A DNA stretch of 64,000 bases from Amoebophrya sp. A120 (lineage: Eukaryota; Protista; Dinoflagellata): the NCBI GenBank assembly GCA_905178155.1, contig CAJINV010000003.1:121282-185281 (forward strand). The letters are read 5' to 3'. Position numbers and translations under genes: made by a program. The notes under the pieces are model-generated. The model made no database searches and was not told where the DNA came from. It was given only the letters and a program-made list of their open reading frames with translations. Numbering within the stretch: position 1 is the first letter of the stretch; the number at the start of each line of letters is the position of its first letter. Of this stretch, positions 59,680 to 64,000 are shown piece after piece.

Positions 59680-62610
59680 ATGTCATCATCGACTACGACA
59701 TTCCCGACCTCGCCAGCACCTCCTCCATCGGCGACTCAGTACCTGCAGTCAAAATCTTCGGAGGAAGGAGAAAACGTGGCAAAAACACCTTGGGCAGTAG
59801 TACCACCAAATCATGTCGCCTACACGACGACACCTGCGAGCAGAGGACGAGAGGACAAAGCGCCACAGAACAAGCCAGCGGCAGATGATAAAACAAGTGG
59901 TAGTCCCGACGGGGACGTCCGGGAGGAAAACCAAGACGCAACAGAAAACAACAAAACAGAAGAGCACTCTATTTCACGACAGCAAGTTGTGAAGAAGACA
60001 CTGCAGCCGCCCGTTATCGTTCTGGAAGGTGTGAGGCCCGCGCGTTTGTTTTCTTCCCCCGCACCGCAAATTCGACTGCCCGCGGGAGGACATACAGACG
60101 CTGCGGCCGGAGGAGTTGGAGTTGCACCTGCTCCAGCGGACTCAACTATAATATCATCTGAGAACCAGCACAAGCCGAAACTTTCTGTCGGGTTGACCGG
60201 TCTGCCCCACGTACAGCTTGACAAAGAGACGTTTCTGGAATCGTTGAAACGGTTCGACTCGATCCGTCTGGAGTGGATGAGCGATGAGGCGCTGAAGGTG
60301 GACCACAAGTGCGACAAGGTGCGCCGGGCCGCTTCGCCGGCGCGGTCCGCGCTGTCCAACGTGGTCGCGGCGCCGACAGGTGTTGTAACTAGTAGTAGTG
60401 CCCCAAGCACGGGGAGCTTGACGTTTGATAAAAATCCGCGAAACTACACGGTGGAAATAACAGGCGCCCCTGCAGCGACCGGGAAGAAAGGTCCACCTCC
60501 GGGCGCGCGTGGTATTAACGATAATGCTGTGGAACAACAACAGCAATTTGGTGGTCCTGCCCTAGTGAACATGCGCCTTATCGGCAGCAACCACCTGACT
60601 CCGCCGCCGGGAAAAATTGCAGGAGGACGACACCAGAGCAGCAAGACCAGCAGTGTCGTCGTGCCACTCAGCAGCCCACGGCTGATGAACGTCAACATCG
60701 GAGGTGGAACTACTACTACACGACCCAGTACTACGAATGCAACAACATCTCCGACAAGTAGAACCTCCTCGGAACACCAGCTGCGATTGTCGTCGCAGGG
60801 ACCTGCTGCGCAGAAGGGACTACAAGAGCCGTTATACCAGCTGGAGGTTTACGTGTCTGAAATGGCCGCCAAGCTGCTCTCGATTTGGCACAGCAAGGGG
60901 CGAAGTGGGAATAACGGCTATGCCTTGCTCCAACAAGTTCCGAGCGCACTGCTGGCGCGCTTTCGCTTCACGAAGACTGTGTCCGTTGCGGCATTCCGGG
61001 ACCTGGTAGGAAAGCAAATTCTGCGGTTGCACATCGCCCACATCTTGGCCCAGGCCCGCCACGACGGGGACCAAGCGAACGAGCCGATCACAAGCCCGCG
61101 GGCCCTCTTGCACCACAAAATGACCGCCGGCGACAACGACCCGCGCACGAAGGCGTCCGAGGAAGCGCTGCGGGCGATGCGTCTTTTGGAGCAACGGTGG
61201 GAGGAACTGTTTGCCATCCCCCATTCTTTCTCCGCGGTCTTGAGCGCGCGCTCCTTCTTTGGCGAAAACTTGAGCACGGGTAAGGACAATCTGGTACTTC
61301 GCTCCCTCAAACCCATCCAGAGCCCAACCGACTTCTTGCAGGAAATAAGCAGGGAGAACTCCAACTCCAAGCAAGCGGAGAGCAAAAGCGTAAGCGGAGA
61401 ACCCAGAACATTAGATCGAGGCGGAGATCCGGGTGGTGCGCCGTTGTCGTTGACCTCAAGCTGTAGCCCCGGATTCTTTCGTCCGAACGATATCTTTGAA
61501 CTGGAAATCGACTCCCCGGGGGAGGAAACGGGCCTGTTGAAGGGACGGGTGTTGCGGATCGATGATACTCCGTCCAAAGCAGCTGCAGCGGGTGTTGACA
61601 TCAATACGCGGGAAGTGGATCAAGGGGCAGTTGCTAGTAGCAATTCATTGAACTACTCGTCCCCGCTGCTCTCGTCGTTTTTATCACAGGCTCAGGCTGC
61701 TGGAACAGCGGGCACTAAAAGTGTTCTTGCTGGTTCTGGTACTACTAGCATTACAGCAGCAGGAGATACCGTCGGAAATAACGGAATCAATGCACTCACT
61801 GCTGGAACAACAGAGGCAAAAGCTACAACATCTACTTCCCAGCAAGTAGCGTTTATGCCGCCGCAGCGACCGCCGGAGGTCCACCTGTGCGCGCAGCAGA
61901 ACTCGGATCGCAAAGTGCAACTGCAATCGTTGCAGAGCGCATTACTGCACTTCCTCGCGAACGAAATCAGTGGGGATTTCGAGGAGAAATTAGCGGCTCG
62001 GGTGGGCCTCATGTCTGAACTGCCCCGAGACATAGCGGGGTCGGGCAGTTTTCCCGCGGAAAAACGACCGTTGCAGGAGGGACACCTGCCTCAGTCGGGC
62101 GGGGACTTCGCCACAACATCCGGTAGAAGTAGCAATGATGTTGTACAACCGCGAACGCCGTCCAAGTTTGCGGACGCCGTGCGCCGCAACAAGAACAAGA
62201 TCTTGAAAGCGAAGAGCAGCACAGCTTTACGCATTCAAGCGGAAATTGCGAGCATGGCGGCGCGGCAAGAACTCGCTGGAGGAACAAACGGTGGCGGGGA
62301 CGAAGAGACGGTAGCAGCGGTGCCGAAAGCTGCCGCGGCGAGCAAGACTGCGGCAGGCTTGATAAAAGCTAATCAAGCGCGCGGCGCCTCCGGTGTAAGT
62401 CCTGTAACAACCTCTATCCCGGGGCGGGAAATAGGTGCAGCTTCATCTTCAGGACCTGCATCAAGGAGCGTGGCAGGGGGAAGGTCCACACTCCCGAGTA
62501 CAGTAGTATCGCACGTGCAGTCGCTTACCGCATTGAAAACGACACATCTACAAGCGCATGCGAAAAAGCTCAAGGCTCGGTTGAACAGTAAGAAAATGGC
62601 GGACAAATAA
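59680..62610 (+). CDS. Uncharacterised 976-aa protein, largely low complexity
   Basis: Uninterrupted 2.9-kb ATG-to-stop ORF; no domain recognised. Confidence 0.8.
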   Translation: MSSSTTTFPTSPAPPPSATQYLQSKSSEEGENVAKTPWAVVPPNHVAYTTTPASRGREDKAPQNKPAADDKTSGSPDGDVREENQDATENNKTEEHSISRQQVVKKTLQPPVIVLEGVRPARLFSSPAPQIRLPAGGHTDAAAGGVGVAPAPADSTIISSENQHKPKLSVGLTGLPHVQLDKETFLESLKRFDSIRLEWMSDEALKVDHKCDKVRRAASPARSALSNVVAAPTGVVTSSSAPSTGSLTFDKNPRNYTVEITGAPAATGKKGPPPGARGINDNAVEQQQQFGGPALVNMRLIGSNHLTPPPGKIAGGRHQSSKTSSVVVPLSSPRLMNVNIGGGTTTTRPSTTNATTSPTSRTSSEHQLRLSSQGPAAQKGLQEPLYQLEVYVSEMAAKLLSIWHSKGRSGNNGYALLQQVPSALLARFRFTKTVSVAAFRDLVGKQILRLHIAHILAQARHDGDQANEPITSPRALLHHKMTAGDNDPRTKASEEALRAMRLLEQRWEELFAIPHSFSAVLSARSFFGENLSTGKDNLVLRSLKPIQSPTDFLQEISRENSNSKQAESKSVSGEPRTLDRGGDPGGAPLSLTSSCSPGFFRPNDIFELEIDSPGEETGLLKGRVLRIDDTPSKAAAAGVDINTREVDQGAVASSNSLNYSSPLLSSFLSQAQAAGTAGTKSVLAGSGTTSITAAGDTVGNNGINALTAGTTEAKATTSTSQQVAFMPPQRPPEVHLCAQQNSDRKVQLQSLQSALLHFLANEISGDFEEKLAARVGLMSELPRDIAGSGSFPAEKRPLQEGHLPQSGGDFATTSGRSSNDVVQPRTPSKFADAVRRNKNKILKAKSSTALRIQAEIASMAARQELAGGTNGGGDEETVAAVPKAAAASKTAAGLIKANQARGASGVSPVTTSIPGREIGAASSSGPASRSVAGGRSTLPSTVVSHVQSLTALKTTHLQAHAKKLKARLNSKKMADK

Positions 62611-63350
62611 ACCGCGTGAAGAAGTGAGGCGACGTGGTCGTGCTCGTCATTTCAGCGCGCAAAAAAATGAGACTCGTGGGTACCATGCGCAATGATTTTA
62701 CTGTTGAATGCCTTTCAGCTTGGTAGCAGATGCTGCACTGTAATTTTCTACTTTTGATTTCCCACTGCAAAGAAGTCCATAGGCTGGAGAGTGCTCTGGA
62801 AGCAACATGCCATCCGAGGATTTTTCACTTGGCGTCGTGTTGTGATACGAAGCGCCGAATCCACGGAAAGACCCTGTTTGTGGTTGTGGGCTGTTCGATG
62901 ACCAGTAAAGCGAGGCTGTGGCGCTGCTACTGCATTGAATTTACTTCAGTCGTCAGGTGACTGGCTGACCGTCTGCGACTGCAGCAGGATCCTCCATTTT
63001 TCTCGCCTCGATTATGGCGTATTACGAGCGTTTCACCTTTGCGAGCATTTTACCGTACGCAAAAGGCTGACAGTCGAGAAGTAGATCCAACTGCGTGAAG
63101 AAGATCAACCTGCCTTGTCCACTTTTTTCCCTGTCAACGTCAAGTCAGTGATCGATGGAACGAACTTGGTCTTCATTGTGTAGTCGTGATATTGCAGTGC
63201 TTTGGTGATGATGATGTCAATCATCCTGCTCTTTCGTAGGATCAGGCTCAGCTGCCTTTTGGCCTCGTACATTTCGGCTGATGTGGAGCAAAAGGTGACT
63301 CCAATTTAACCACAGTTAGACTCTTGCTGGATTGTTGTGCATTCTTCTCT

Positions 63351-64000
63351 CCGGCGGCCCAGAGTTTGGAGCCGGCAGACGACCCACCTGGCGCGCGGTA
63401 TGCGGCGAAAAAAGGCGGCCCAAAAATCCCCCCGGTGGCCCAGAGTTTGGAGCCGGCAGGCGACCCACTTGGTGCGCGTTATGCGGCGAAAAAAGACGGC
63501 CCAAAAAGCCCCCCGGCGGCCCAGAGTTTGAAGCCGCGCGCGGTATGTGGCGAAAAAAGGCGGCCCAAGAGGCTCCCCGGCGGCCCAGAGTTTGGGGCCG
63601 GCAGATGGTCCACTTGGCACACGGTATGCGGCGAAAAAGGGCGGCGCAACAAGCCGCCCGGCGGCCCAGAGTTTGGGGCCGGCAGATGACCCACTTGGCG
63701 CACGGTATGCGGCGGAAAAAGGCGGCCCAAAAAGCCCCCCGGCGGCCCAGAGTTTCGGGCCGGCAGATGACCCTCTTGGCGCACGGCATGCGGCGAAAAA
63801 AGGCGGCCCAAAAAGCCCCCCGGCGGCCCAGAGTTTGGGGCCGACAGATGACCCACTTGGCGCACGGTATGCGGCGAAAAAAGGTGGCCCAAAAAGCTCC
63901 CCGGCGGCCCAGAGTTTGGAGCCGACAGAGGACCCACTTGGCGCACGGTATGCGGCGAAAAAAGGTGGCCCAAAAAGCCCCCCGGCGGCCCAGAGTTTGG
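63351..64000. repeat. 81-bp tandem repeat, 8+ copies, runs off the window end
   Basis: ccggcggcccagagttt recurs at 63351, 63432, 63513, 63577 (one shortened unit), 63658, 63739, 63820, 63901, 63982. Confidence 0.92.

Noticed and set aside
1-64000. rRNA, tRNA, spliced-leader genes or a transposase ORF
   Set aside because: None recognised by eye. A tRNAscan/Infernal and profile search would be needed to exclude them.

Overview
Eukaryotic, intron-rich genomic DNA. All ~11 supported protein genes lie on the + strand. The architecture fits a syndinian dinoflagellate such as Amoebophrya (inferred from the intron type, not from a database match). Two layers of mobile DNA dominate. (1) About 27 TA(T)...ATA elements, mostly 150-470 bp, from ~6 families, with terminal inverted repeats (TIRs) and ~5-bp direct repeats. 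They sit in coding exons, and removing each element plus one direct repeat restores the reading frame (introner-type non-canonical introns). (2) A separate class of at least 7 unrelated 0.83-1.8 kb inserts, each flanked by a long (~46-130 bp) direct duplication of host sequence. At two loci these have stacked at the same site into repeat-cargo-repeat arrays (17399-19566 and 45862-49831), and one cargo is a non-LTR reverse transcriptase ORF fragment truncated at both ends. Genes: OPR/HPR-like protein, RMD1/DUF155 protein with two alternative last exons, FKBP-like protein, M14 carboxypeptidase, C45/Ntn hydrolase, a tandemly duplicated pair of Ala/Glu-rich repetitive proteins with a perfect palindrome at the duplication junction, MORN-repeat protein, AEP primase-like protein and a 976-aa unknown. 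An 81-bp tandem array runs off the window end. Coordinates were counted by hand and may be off by a few bases.
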